Below are positions 11,993 to 23,699 of a DNA stretch of 64,000 nt, in pieces; within the stretch, counting starts at the first letter, position 1; each line of letters opens with the position of its first letter. The stretch comes from Zygnema circumcarinatum SAG 698-1b (taxonomy: Eukaryota > Plantae > Zygnematophyceae). Where the stretch lies: assembly GCA_037447605.1 (NCBI GenBank), contig CM074819.1:124001-188000 (forward strand), read 5' to 3'. Below the pieces are notes generated by a model, which saw only the letters and a program-made list of their open reading frames with translations, was not told where the DNA came from and did no database searches. Both the position numbers and the translations under genes were made by a program.

Positions 11993-12844
11993 ATGCGAAA
12001 GCAACTCGCTAACCTGCGTGATAAGGGCTGGATTGAGCCCAGCCAGAGTCCCTTTGGGGCTCCCATCCTCTTCGTTGGTAAGAAGGATGGGTCTTTGCGT
12101 ATGTGCATCGATTATCGAGCACTCAATAAGATCACGGTAAAGAACAGGTTTGCTTTACCGCGCATAGATGATCTTCTGGACCGTCTGCAAGGGGCGAAGG
12201 TGTTCACCTCGCTCGACCTTGCGCAGGGGTACCATCAGATCCGTGTCACGGATGCTGATGTTCCTAAGACGGCATTTCGGACGCCAATCGGTCATTTCCA
12301 ATATAAGGTGCTACCTTTTGGACTGACCAACGCTCCGGCGACATTCCAAGCTGTGATGAACGAGATGTTCGTCGGCATGGATGAGTTTGTCTTGGTCTAC
12401 CTGGATGATATCCTGGTATTCAGCAAGACGAACGCTGAGCACCTCGTGCATGTGCGCAAGGTGTTCGAGGTGCTGCGAAGACACACGTTTTATGCCAAGC
12501 GGAAGAAATGTAACTTCATGCAACGGGAGTTGTTGTATCTTGGGCATATCTTGAATGATCAGGGCTTGAAGCCCGATCCAGCCAAGGTGTCTGCTGTTAA
12601 GACATGGGCAGTACCGACTGATCTTCATCAGTTGCGATCTTTTCTTGGATTTGCAAATTATTTTCGTAAATTTATCCAAGGCTTTAGTAAGTTGGTAACT
12701 CCGCTTACCAATTTGACACGTTCCGGTGTCGCTTATGCATGGACACCAGAGTGCCAGACGGCCTTTGATGGTGTTAGACATGCGCTTGTGACAGCACCTA
12801 CGTTGAGGTTGGCTGATCCGCGGTTACCATATGAAGTGGTATGT
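11993..12844 (+). CDS. pol: Reverse transcriptase of B (cut by gap)
   Basis: LRMCIDYRALN, YKVLPFGLTNAPATFQ, YLDDILVFS. Confidence 0.92.
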
Positions 12845-13046
12845 NNNNNNNNNNCCGCTCCCGATCCTCCATGCTGGTAGGGGGTTCAACGGGGGGAGCT
12901 TAAGGGGGCTGCGCCCGGATGGGAGACCATCCGAGCTCTTTGTACCAGCATTGAGCTCACGCTCCTCTGACTCTCTCTCTCCTTCTCTCTCTTTGACGCT
13001 TAGACTTTCAGAGCAGCCTGCCGGGGGGGCAGGTTGTTACAGTTGG

Positions 13047-13719
13047 TGCTGCCAGGCGTCGGGACTTTGTTGTACCTTTTTCAAGTGATTTATTGAATAT
13101 TATGGGCCGGCAGCCCCTTGAGTCAGATATCTTTGTGTTGCACTGCCCGGATTATCTGAATGACTCTTTATTCTCCCTCTCCACCCGAATGACCTCCCTT
13201 GAATTTGCTGATGCCCAATGGCATGAACCAGCTGCAATCTGGATCTTGAATCCTACAGGCGCTGCTGATTTGCTGGATAGTGTGCATGCGGCCTTGCGGC
13301 GGGGGCGCATAACGGTGTTGGTGTCGGCTGTGCATATATTACTGCCCCAGCATGTCCCCATTACATGTTTCAGTCATGCTAATTGGAAACTGGTCCGACT
13401 GTGGCGAAAGGGACACCCGATGGTGTGTTGGGGCGAATCCAGACACGGTACCTCGTGCGTACTACCGTACCCTGTCCTTTGGCGCACAACACACACTGAT
13501 GCAACCCCTGTCCTCAGATCCATGTTTCAGCGATCCCACTGTGCCATGACCTTTTCTGGGGTTGTAGCCGGCAAAGGTGTTATCATCTTGTTCGATTCAG
13601 GTGCTGACGATAATTTTCTGAATTCCTCGTTTGTAAAGATGACGTCACTCGTCCTTGCAGACCACTCCGACACGGTCACATTTGGAGATGGTCGAAAGGG
13701 GCAAATTCTCGGCTGTGTG
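13047..13719 (+). CDS. Pol N-terminus of A: extra domain plus protease start
   Basis: Open frame continuous across the B TSD from 9315; protease motif IILFDSGADDNF. Confidence 0.8.
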
Positions 13720-14333
13720 TGTTGGTGCAGGGACTCCTCCACTGCTGCCGGCTTCTCCACTCGCATCACCTTCCATCGGAGTTCGCGTTCCAATCGATGA
13801 TGACATTTCCCAAACTCTCACATTCACTCATAGCCCATTTTACTCACAGAGTGAACCTCTCAGAATATGCACAGCGGAATAACAGAGAGAAAAGGATAGG
13901 AGAAAGCTCTCGGCTCTAAAACTCCTTAATAATAATCTTATCAACACAAATGAGAGACCCCCTCTCAAATAGCCCAATAAACTCAAAAGCCCACTACCTC
14001 GCAGCACAAGCAAGTGTAATGTTCAGCAACACGAGCATCAGCTTCTCAGAGTCTACAATAGCTACGTTGATAATCAGAAGTTAAAGATTTTCAACAAAAC
14101 AAAACAACACACTATGTACTATGTCACAACATCCGTGACACTACCATACAACTAAGCNNNNNNNNNNGTCGCGCCTCGTCACTTCTGACTCCGCCGCGCC
14201 GCGCCTCTTCCACCGACCAAATGTCCGTACCGCCGCCTACTAACTTAGGCGCGCACCGCCGCCAAGGAAACACACAACACAAACACACAAAACTAATGTT
14301 CCAACAAAACATGCTAACTATCATACACTAACA
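13720..14333 (-). mobile_element. Ty1/copia family G LTR (solo LTR or gap-collapsed element, G1) inside the A protease
   Basis: TGTTGGTG…CACTAACA, near-identical to the LTR at 60282-61295; TSD GTGTG at 13715-13719 and 14334-14338. Confidence 0.9.
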
Positions 14334-16707
14334 GTGTGACAACCCGGTTACGGATACAATCCTTTTCCGGGCAGATCCGTTGTCTGGTTACCAGTCTGAC
14401 CCTTGGCATCGACTTGATCCTGGGTAGTAATTGGCTGCACACAGTAAGAGCCATGATGGATTTTTCGGTGCCAAACTGCGTTGTCCGCAGTGGCGCCCAA
14501 CGCGTTACCTTACTCCCAGGTATGCCCACGGTTGCACCCCACCTCCATCCAGATGCGGCGCACTTGTGCTCCGCCATGCAGGTGGCGAACGCCGTAAAAT
14601 CAGGTAGTATGCTGTTCTATGTGCAACTCGTGGATGAAATAGAGTCTGTTTACGACGGCGACCAGGAGTGGTTACCCACTGCCTCGGAGTCGTTACCACC
14701 GGTACCACCGGCGATGAAATCTTTACTCGATGAATTTCAAGATATTTTTCCAGAGGACCTCCCCTCATGACTACCACTTGCGCGTGGCGTGGGGCATACT
14801 ATTCCCCTCGAGCCTGAGCAGAAGCCACCTTGGCGTCCGATCTATCGATTGAGCCCCAAGGAGACAGAGGAAATGCGGAAACAATTGACTAACCTGCGCT
14901 CCAAGGGCTGGATTGAACCCAGTCAGAGCCCATTCGGCGCCCCCATCCTCTTCGTAGGAAAGAAAGATGGCTCTTTGCGAATGTGCATTGACTATCGGGC
15001 ACTAAATAAAATTACAATAAAGAACCGTTATGCATTACCTCGTATTGATGATTTATTGGATCGGTTGCATGGGGCAAAGGTGTTCACATCGCTTGATTTG
15101 GCCCAGGGCTACCATCAGATCCGTGTCACGGATGTTGATGTACCAAAGTCTGCATTTCGTACGCCTATTGGACATTTCCAATACAAGGTACTGCCCTTTG
15201 GGTTGACGAATGCACCGGCCACCTTCCAGGCTGTGATGAACGAGATGTTCAACAGCATGGATGATTATGTCTTGGTATACCTCGACGACATTCTGGTTTT
15301 CAGCAAAACAGAAAAGGAACACTTGGCCCACGTTCGCAATGTGTTGGCAGTATTACGCCAGCACACGTTTTACGCGAAACGGAAGAAATGTCAGTTCATG
15401 CAAAGGGAACTTCTCTACCTTGGACATATCCTCGGAGAGGACGGCCTCAAGCCCGACCCGGGCAAAATTGCAGCGGTCGGCACCTGGGCTGTCCTTAAGG
15501 ATCTGCATCAGTTACGTTCCTTCCTTGGCTTCGCGAATTATTTTCGGAAATTTATTCAGGGATTTAGTAAGCTGGTTACACCACTTACCGAACTAACCCG
15601 ATCCGGGGTTAGCTACACCTGGACAGATGATTGTCAGGTGGCGTTTGAGGGTGTCAAACACGCCCTCATTACCGCACCTACTTTGGTGCTGGCAGACCCT
15701 ACCAAACCCTATGAGGTGGTTTGCGATGCGTCGGGGTTCGCACTTGGCGCTGTCCTTTTTCAGGAGGGCCAACCACTGGCTTATGAGAGTCGGAAGATGA
15801 ACCCGGCCGAACGAAACTACTCGGCAACCGAGCAGGAACTGCTCGCAGTTGTTCACGCCTTGAGGACATGGCGTTGCTATTTGGAGGGAGCGGGGGCAGT
15901 CACGCTGGTCACGGACCACCGTCCCTTGACCTTCCTCTCCTCCCAACAGACATTGTCAAGGCGGCAGGCCCGTTGGTCCGAGTTCCTTCAGAGATTTGAC
16001 TGCCAATGGGTGTATCGGCCAGGAAGGTTGAATGTTGCCGACCCATTGAGTAGACAGTCTAGTCATCTTGCCTGGATGGTGCACTCGTCGACCCGAGTGT
16101 TGAAGGAACAAAGCGGTCGAGAGGGTGGGCCGGCCAACCCCCCTTCTCCCTTCCCAACGTGTCTAGCCATGGATACCCAAACCAGCGCGATGGTCAACCC
16201 TCCCGCTCTCTCTGAACTTAGACAGATGATTCGGGAGGGCTATGCTGGTGATCCTCTGTTCTTGGACGGCCAGGGTAATGGCTATAAGGACAAAGTGCTG
16301 CGCTCCAATGACGGGTTTTGGTACCACGACAAGCAGTTGGTCGTGCCCAAGGCAGGGACTGTACGGCATCTCATTCTAAGTGAGATGCACGATCCTCCTT
16401 ACAGAGGCCACATGGGAGTTGCCAAAACCTCCGAGGCAGTGCTCCGTGAGTTTTGGTGGCCGGGACTCACGAAGGATGTGTCGGCGTATGTGCTCGCCTG
16501 TCCAACCTGTCAACGTGACAAGCCTCGCACTGGCCGGATTCCTGGTCAGCTTCAACCACTCACTCCACCTTTTAGGAAGTGGGAGAGCATCGGTATGGAT
16601 CTGATCACAGATTTACCAAAAACCCCACGGGGTCACGATGCGGTTATGGTGTTTGTCGACAGTCTCAGCAAGATGGTGCATTTCGCACCGACTCGAAAGG
16701 CCGCTGG
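14334..16707 (+). CDS. pol: Pol of A: protease end, RT, RNase H, integrase Zn-finger and core start (one stop near 14770)
   Basis: 643-aa ORF with YLDD, CDASGFALGAVL, TDHRPL, H-H-C-C and WESIGMDLITDLP. Confidence 0.93.
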
Positions 16708-18415
16708 TGTTAGTGTATGATAGTTAGCATGTTTTGTTGGAACATTAGTTTTGTGTGTTTGTGTTGTGTGTTTCCTTGGCGGCGGTGCGCGCCTAAGTTA
16801 GTAGGCGGCGGTACGGACATTTGGTCGGTGAAAGAGGCGCGGCGCGGCGGNNNNNNNNNNAGAGAAGGGTGGTGCTGTGCAGGGTGCCAGCACGTCGGCA
16901 AATGAAGGAGCCGAGCCAGCGGCAGCGATGAGTGAGCCAGCTGATGATGGAGAGACGCCCGTGGAGGCGCATGCGGAGGAGCCGCAAAGTTCAGCGGAGA
17001 CGATTCCCCTTCACACTCACTCCAGTGGTGAAGAGGAGAACTCAGTGGAGACGGTCCCGCTTCACGCGCAAGATTCAGAGGATCTTGAAGCGGCCGAGAG
17101 GGAGGCAATGTTAGCGAACATGCCCCCAGGTTTTGTTCCCGGACTCTACTTCTACCCGAGAGGACGAAGTGCGAAGACTGTAGCGAACTGAACGCTACAG
17201 ACACCACGGTGCCGCCGGCATCCTGAGGATCTCCGTACGGTTCGGCCGTACAAGCCGTCCGTACAGTCGTACGGTCTAGCCGTACGGATCCGTACTACCC
17301 GTACGGGCGGTACGGACTGACGGCGATTCTGCGGCGTCGCGCGTCGCGTTCGAGATCGGAACGCGACCACGACCGCCGGTCGCTATACGGAGTGACGTGT
17401 CACGGTCACACATTGGGAATGCTGGTGACCGTGACCGGCCTCTCATACAACTGGCATTGGACCAGCCGATTGGCCACGTGGCATCGCGCCATTGGCTAGC
17501 CCTGCTCCCGGTCCCTTACGCTGGTAAAGGGTTCGACGGGGGGNNNNNNNNNNAGAGAAGGGTGGTGCTGTGCAGGGTGCCAGCACGTCGGCAAATGAAG
17601 GAGCCGAGCCAGCGGCAGCGATGAGTGAGCCAGCTGATGATGGAGAGACGCCCGTGGAGGCGCATGCGGAGGAGCCGCAAAGTTCAGCGGAGACGATTCC
17701 CCTTCACACTCACTCCAGTGGTGAAGAGGAGAACTCAGTGGAGACGGTCCCGCTTCACGCGCAAGATTCAGAGGATCTTGAAGCGGCCGAGAGGGAGGCA
17801 ATGTTAGCGAACATGCCCCCAGGTTTTGTTCCCGGACTCTACTTCTACCCGAGAGGACGAAGTGCGAAGACTGTAGCGAACTGAACGCTACAGACACCAC
17901 GGTGCCGCCGGCATCCTGAGGATCTCCGTACGGTTCGGCCGTACAAGCCGTCCGTACAGTCGTACGGTCTAGCCGTACGGATCCGTACTACCCGTACGGG
18001 CGGTACGGACTGACGGCGATTCTGCGGCGTCGCGCGTCGCGTTCGAGATCGGAACGCGACCACGACCGCCGGTCGCTATACGGAGTGACGTGTCACGGTC
18101 ACACATTGGGAATGCTGGTGACCGTGACCGGCCTCTCATACAACTGGCATTGGACCAGCCGATTGGCCACGTGGCATCGCGCCATTGGCTAGCCCTGCTC
18201 CCGGTCCCTTACGCTGGTAAAGGGTTCGGGACTGGTTTTACAAGGGCGGGATGAATGCAAGAGGGGGTCTTTGGAAGGGGGGTACTTGCAATCATTCCAG
18301 AAACCAGCATTACGTTTAAGTGACTTAGTCTCTAGCAGGCTTTGGGTGTTGTGCTCAAGGCTTGTTACATTTTGGTATCAGAGCTTGTGTTTCTCCTGCT
18401 AAGATTGTTTGTTTA

Positions 18416-19966
18416 ATGGAGGCATTTCCAGAATTTCCGCCTTTTCCGCCTTCCAGCCCTGAGGACCAAGAGGATCACCCGATGGAGGAGAATCCAGAGG
18501 AGGATGAGACGGCAGATCCGCGGGGTCCTTCTCTCATCGACTACAGCCCGTCTCCTTGCAGCAGCCCGGAGCAAGCGCCTCCTGCACCCATTCAGAATGA
18601 TCCTCCACCGCTACCTGCGGCTGAGACGAACATCACTGCCGGAGCAGCCTTGAACCTTCAGAAAGACGTGCGAGGGGTTCAGGCCAAGATTGGTCAGTAC
18701 GAGACTCTCCTTGTGACCCAAAGACAGGAGATGGCGCAGATGGAGCGCAACGTTCAGAAGAAGATGGACAAGCTCCGTGCGGACCTACGAGGGGATTTGG
18801 CCCTCGCCATGAAGAACTTGACGGCAGCAAAAGGTACGTCCAACATTCCCCAGGCCGAAGCCGTTGAGGCAGAGAAAGATCTTCCTGGGGTAGCTGATGG
18901 GGTAGCACCATCAATTGCCACGAGAACTGCGACCCAACCTGTTGCCTCAAGCAGCAGACGGTCGTCTGGACCCCCTGCCTCTTCTACAGGGGGGAGTCAT
19001 CCTAACGGGGGTGGCGCACCTTCCAGTGGTGGTGGATCCCCTTCGGGATCACCTTCTGGTGATGGGGGACTTCCTGGAACAGGATCCGGCCCCTTGGTCC
19101 CTCCTCAAGATTGGTCTTCGAGGAACAGGGCCAAGGTAACCCCCATTTCTCCTTGGGGAGAACACCCTGCAACCGACTGTTCTATTGAACAGTGGTTGGG
19201 CCAAGTGAAGGGTTACCTTCACGCCACGAATTGCCCACAGAAGGAGTGGGTGAATTTCTCATATCCATCACTCCGCGGCGATGCCTATCGTGTATACGAG
19301 AGCTTAGCCACTAAGATCGGGAGTGATTGGGAGAAATTCCGCAAGGAACTTGAGCGTCATTTTGGGGTTTTGGATCCTGGAATGGAAGCGCGTCAAAGGT
19401 ACCACAGTATGGTACAGACTGGTAGTGCCAAGAAGTTCTTGCGAGATCTGTGTATGACGGTGTCACTCATAAAGACACATCGTCCTACTGATGAAGCAGT
19501 GTTTTATCACTTCTGGATGGGCCTGAAGCCGCATTTGAAGAAGGAATTGCGATTAAATCCACGTACATCTCAACCGTGGGAGCCCGTGGATGCAGAATTC
19601 TTCTATGCGGCGGCTTTGCAAGCTGATTCCTTTCCTGGCAGCAGCGCCGGACCTTCACGTCCACCACCTCCAGAGGCAGACCGGAAGCTCTTCCCTTCAT
19701 TTCCGAAGCTTAAGGGGGCAAATCCGCAGAAGAGGAAGCCGAGTGCCACCTCTGCCCCACAGCCTTCTGCGAAGGTGCAGAAGCTTACTCCACAGGAAAT
19801 GGAGAAGATGAAGAAGGAAGGACGATGTTTCCGATGCCGGCAGTCTGGCCATATGGCGAAGGACTGTCCGCAAAGCATCAAGGACAAGAAGGGAAAAGGG
19901 CCGGGAAAAAAGTGCAACACCATGGAGGCAGGTGTAGGAGTCGCTGCGGCTGAGAAGATGGACTGA
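18416..19966 (+). CDS. gag: Gag of element C (about 516 aa)
   Basis: Open frame from MEAFPEF; coiled-coil-like and G/S/P-rich N-terminus, capsid region, CFRCRQSGHMAKDC. Confidence 0.88.
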   Translation: MEAFPEFPPFPPSSPEDQEDHPMEENPEEDETADPRGPSLIDYSPSPCSSPEQAPPAPIQNDPPPLPAAETNITAGAALNLQKDVRGVQAKIGQYETLLVTQRQEMAQMERNVQKKMDKLRADLRGDLALAMKNLTAAKGTSNIPQAEAVEAEKDLPGVADGVAPSIATRTATQPVASSSRRSSGPPASSTGGSHPNGGGAPSSGGGSPSGSPSGDGGLPGTGSGPLVPPQDWSSRNRAKVTPISPWGEHPATDCSIEQWLGQVKGYLHATNCPQKEWVNFSYPSLRGDAYRVYESLATKIGSDWEKFRKELERHFGVLDPGMEARQRYHSMVQTGSAKKFLRDLCMTVSLIKTHRPTDEAVFYHFWMGLKPHLKKELRLNPRTSQPWEPVDAEFFYAAALQADSFPGSSAGPSRPPPPEADRKLFPSFPKLKGANPQKRKPSATSAPQPSAKVQKLTPQEMEKMKKEGRCFRCRQSGHMAKDCPQSIKDKKGKGPGKKCNTMEAGVGVAAAEKMD

Positions 19967-20124
19967 AGGATTGCAGCTGCCGCCATCAGCTCTAGAGGCT
20001 TGTTAACCATAACCTCTTGACACCTCGAGTGACTGGACAGAGCCGATGACCATGATGCACCCAGTTTCACTGCATTTAAATGTGATTCCATTCTTGATTC
20101 CCTAATTGTGACTCTGACTCTTTC

Positions 20125-23100
20125 ATGAATGTTGTGATGAATGGAGAACAATTGACTGTTTGGATTTTGAATCCTTCAGGTAATGTGTCTCTTATTGATT
20201 GTACATTTGTTGCTTTACGGTTACAGCGCACCACTAATCATGTTTCAAGTTTGCATGTATTGATGCCTTTGCATGCTTCGATTGGGACTTTTAGCCATAC
20301 TAACTGGAAGTTGGTCAAGATCTGGCGAAAAGGACATCCCATGCTACATTGGGTGGATACTTCTACCAGTTTGCTGGTTGGATCGCCGTACCCTTTGATC
20401 TGGCGGACTTCATGTTCTCCATCATCGTATGTATTGCGGTCACTCTTCCACCTTGCACACCGTGCAATGACCTTTCAAGGATTCATTGGCGGCAGATCTG
20501 TAGTAGTTTTACTTGATTCAGGTGCTGATTCTAATTTCATTAGTGCTGTACTTGTTAAGCTTGTTGACTTGTCTGTCTCCCCTCTCACCGAAGTCGTGAC
20601 TTTTGGTGATGGAAGACAGGGTCAAATCCTTGGCACCATAACCACACGTCTGAAGATTCAGACTTACTCAGGGCAGATTCGGTGTTTTGTCACTAATCTG
20701 GCGCCTGGCCTAGATGTTATTCTGGGAAGTCAGTGGTTAACCATGGTCAAGGCTCAGATGGATTTTTCCATACCCACTTGTGTTTTGCGTTGTGGCGCAC
20801 GACGAATAACTCTGCGCCCAGGCATTACGACTTCAGATGCTGCTGAGCAGTCTGATACACCTTTTCAGTGTTCAGCCATGCAGTTGGCTAAAGCTGTTAA
20901 GGCAGGATGTACCTTGTTTTTGGTACAAGTCATGGATACCACGGAAGATGTTCATGACGAGGAACAAGAGTGGCATGTCACACCTACGGATGTGTTGTCA
21001 CCTGTTCCATCTCGGATCCAACCGTTGTTGGATGAATTCAGGGATATTTTTCCTGATGACTTACCTCGGGGATTGCCTCCGTCACGAGGTGTCGGGCATA
21101 CTATTCCCTTGGAACCTGGGCATAAGCCGCCGTGGCGGCCGATTTATCGGTTAAGTCCCAAGGAGACCGAAGAGATGCGTAAGCAACTCTCAAACTTGAG
21201 AGACAAAGGTTGGATTGAACCCAGCCAGAGTCCTTTCGGTGCTCCAATCCTCTTTGTGGGGAAGAAAGATGGTTCTTTGCCATGTAAATAATCCCACTAT
21301 CGGCACTAACAAGATAACCGTCAAGATCGGTAACGCTACCGCCATTGATGACTTGCTGGAGATATTGCAAGGTGTTGAATATTCACACCTATTGGTTGCA
21401 CAAGGCTATCATCAGTATTTGTGTGACGGATGCTGATGCACCTAAAGACGGCGCTTCGGACGTGGATCGTTATTTCCAGTATAAGGTTTTACCTTTTGGA
21501 TTGACTAATGCTCCAGCAACTTTCCAAGCCGTCATGAACGAAATGTTCATTGGCATGGATGACTTTGTTTTGGTGTACCTCGATGATATCCTCGTCTTTA
21601 GTAAGACAGTTGAGGACCATCTTCAACACGTGAGAAGGGTGTTTGAAGTTCTGAGGAAGCATCATTTTTATGCCAAGTGGAAGAAGTGTCACTTCATGCA
21701 GCGTGAGCTGCTTTACCTTGGGCATATCCTGAATGATCAGGGCATTCGACCGGACCCGGCTAAGGTGGTTGCGGTTGAGATATGGGAAGTACTGGCTGAT
21801 TTACATCAGTTGCGGTCTTTCCTCGGATTTGCGAATTATTTTCGTAAATTTATTCAAGGGTTTAGCAAACTTGTTACTCCCTTGACAGATTTGACACGTG
21901 CCGGTGTCACTTACACTTGGACGCCTGAATGCCAGCGGGCCTTTGAGGGTGTTAAACATGCCTTAGTCACCGCACCTACATTGGTGTTGGCAGACCCTAC
22001 CAAACCATATGAGGTGGTTTGTGATGCGTCCGGATTCGCTCTGGGAGCCGTCCTATTTCAGGATGGGCGACCTCTTGCGTACGAAAGTCGTAAGATGAAC
22101 CCAGCCGAACGCAATTATTCTGCAACTGAGCAAGAGCTCCTTGCAGTAATCCACGCCTTGAGGACATGGCGGTGTTATTTAGAGGGGGCGAAAGCGGTTA
22201 CGCTTGTCACGGATCATCGGCCGTTGACATTTCTTTCCTCTCAACAGACATTGACTAGGCGGCAGGCACGCTGGTCCGAGTTCCTTCAACGATTTGACTG
22301 TCAGTGGGTCTATCGACCAGGGAGGTTGAATGTGGCGGACCCATTGAGCAGACAGTTGTGACACCCAGCTGATGGATCGCGATTGGTGATGGAGGATGTG
22401 TTGAGATGAAGGGCCGCGCAACCCTGATTTTCCCTTTCCGGTATGCCTAGCCATAAACCACCGCACCAGTAGGACAGTCGACCCTCCTGCTCTCTCTGAT
22501 CTCAGACGGATGATTCAAGAGGGCTATACTGGTGATCCCTTGTTCTTGGATGGCCAGGGTAGTGGCTATAAGGACAAAGTGGTGCTCTCAACAGATGGGT
22601 TTTGGTATCACGGGACGCAATTGGTCGTGCCCAAGACCGGGGTTGTACGTCAACTCATTCTGAGTGAGTTGCATGATCCGCCGTACAGAGGTCATATGGG
22701 AATTGCCAAGACTCGTGAGGCACTGCTCCGTGAGTTCTGGTGGCCGGGGCTCACGAGGGATGTGAAGGCGTATGTACTCGCCTGTCCCATTTGTCAACGT
22801 GATAAGGCACGCACTGGCAGGATTCCTGGCCAGCTGCAACCCTTGACACCTCCTTTTCGGAAATGGGAGAGTGTTGGCATGGATTTGATCACTGATCTAC
22901 CTGTCACACCACGGGGTTTTGACTCCATCTTAGTGTTCGTCGATAGGCTCAGCAAGATGGTGCATTTTGCACCAACTACTAAGACAGCTGGGGCCGATGA
23001 GATGGCACGGATATATGTTGACAAAGTGTGGAGTCTGCATGGGCTTCAATCAGAGATTGTTTCTGATCGAGATCCCAGATTCACTGGACATTTCTGGAAA

Positions 23101-23699
23101 GAAGTGCTACGAATCGTGGGTACCAAGCAGGCTATGAGTACAGCCTTCCACCCGCAAACTGACGGCCAGACGGAGCGGGTGAACCGAATCCTGGAAGATT
23201 ATCTTCGGCATTATGTGGGACCTACACCGGATGTGTGGGATCAGTTGCTCCCGGTGGCTGAATATGCCATTAATAATGCGTACCAGGAATCTATCGGTAC
23301 TACTCCATTCTTTTTGAATTTTGGTCAGCATCCTCTAAATCCCCTGCAGCCGAAGGATCAATCCCCTTCTGAGTGGCACATGGGTGTCCACCGAAATCCC
23401 GATCCTTGGTGTACGAGAGGAGCTGGTGGGACTCAACCTCCTGCCGTTACTTCTTTTGTCCGATTGATGTCTGAGTCCCTTGCAGCGGGCGCGGCAGACC
23501 CTGCAAGCGGCCAACTCCCGACAGAAGTCGTATGCTGATCGCAAGCGGACTCCACTTACCTTTACTGAGGGAGATGAAGTTTTGTTGAGTACCGCTCATC
23601 TTAAACTCAAAGCTTATGGCGGCACCCGTAAGCTGTGGCCACGTTATGTGGGGCCTTTTAAAGTCGTGAAGCGCATTGGAGAAGTGGCTTACAGGTTGG
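20125..23699 (+). pseudogene. pol: Pol of C: extra domain, protease, RT, RH, INT (several frameshifts)
   Basis: LLDSGADSNF, YLDD, integrase DRDPRFT…HPQTDGQTERVN. Confidence 0.9.

Larger units (their letters stand above)
9389..13041 (+). mobile_element. Ty3/gypsy element B inserted in A between gag and pol (collapsed by gaps at 9544 and 12845)
   Basis: LTR start TGTAGCGTAACGCTACA at 9389, LTR end TTGTTACA at 13041, perfect 5-bp TSD GTTGG at 9384-9388 and 13042-13046. Confidence 0.85.
55..16707 (+). mobile_element. Ty3/gypsy LTR retrotransposon A (host of nested insertions, 3' end not seen)
   Basis: 5' LTR 55-545 (TGTAGC...CTACA), PBS at 547. Gag is split by M (…KET|EGYLYAT…). The pol frame is split by B and G1, and RT/RH/INT run 14334-16707 until G2 interrupts. 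Removing each insert at its TSD restores the reading frame. Confidence 0.85.
17872..23699 (+). mobile_element. Ty3/gypsy element C (same family as A/B/M), 3' end lost in gap
   Basis: LTR 17872-18369 (start duplicated at 17179), PBS TGGTATCAGAGC at 18373-18384, then gag and pol to the GPY/F motif RYVGPFKVV. Confidence 0.9.

Noticed and set aside
13042-13056. TGGTGCTGCC after an LTR end as a novel PBS of a gag-less element
   Set aside because: GTTGG is the TSD of B, and the following sequence continues A's pol frame from 9388.
16877-17884. Two identical 104-aa acidic ORFs as a duplicated gene
   Set aside because: They are the copia G integrase-RT linker, cut by C and duplicated across a gap.
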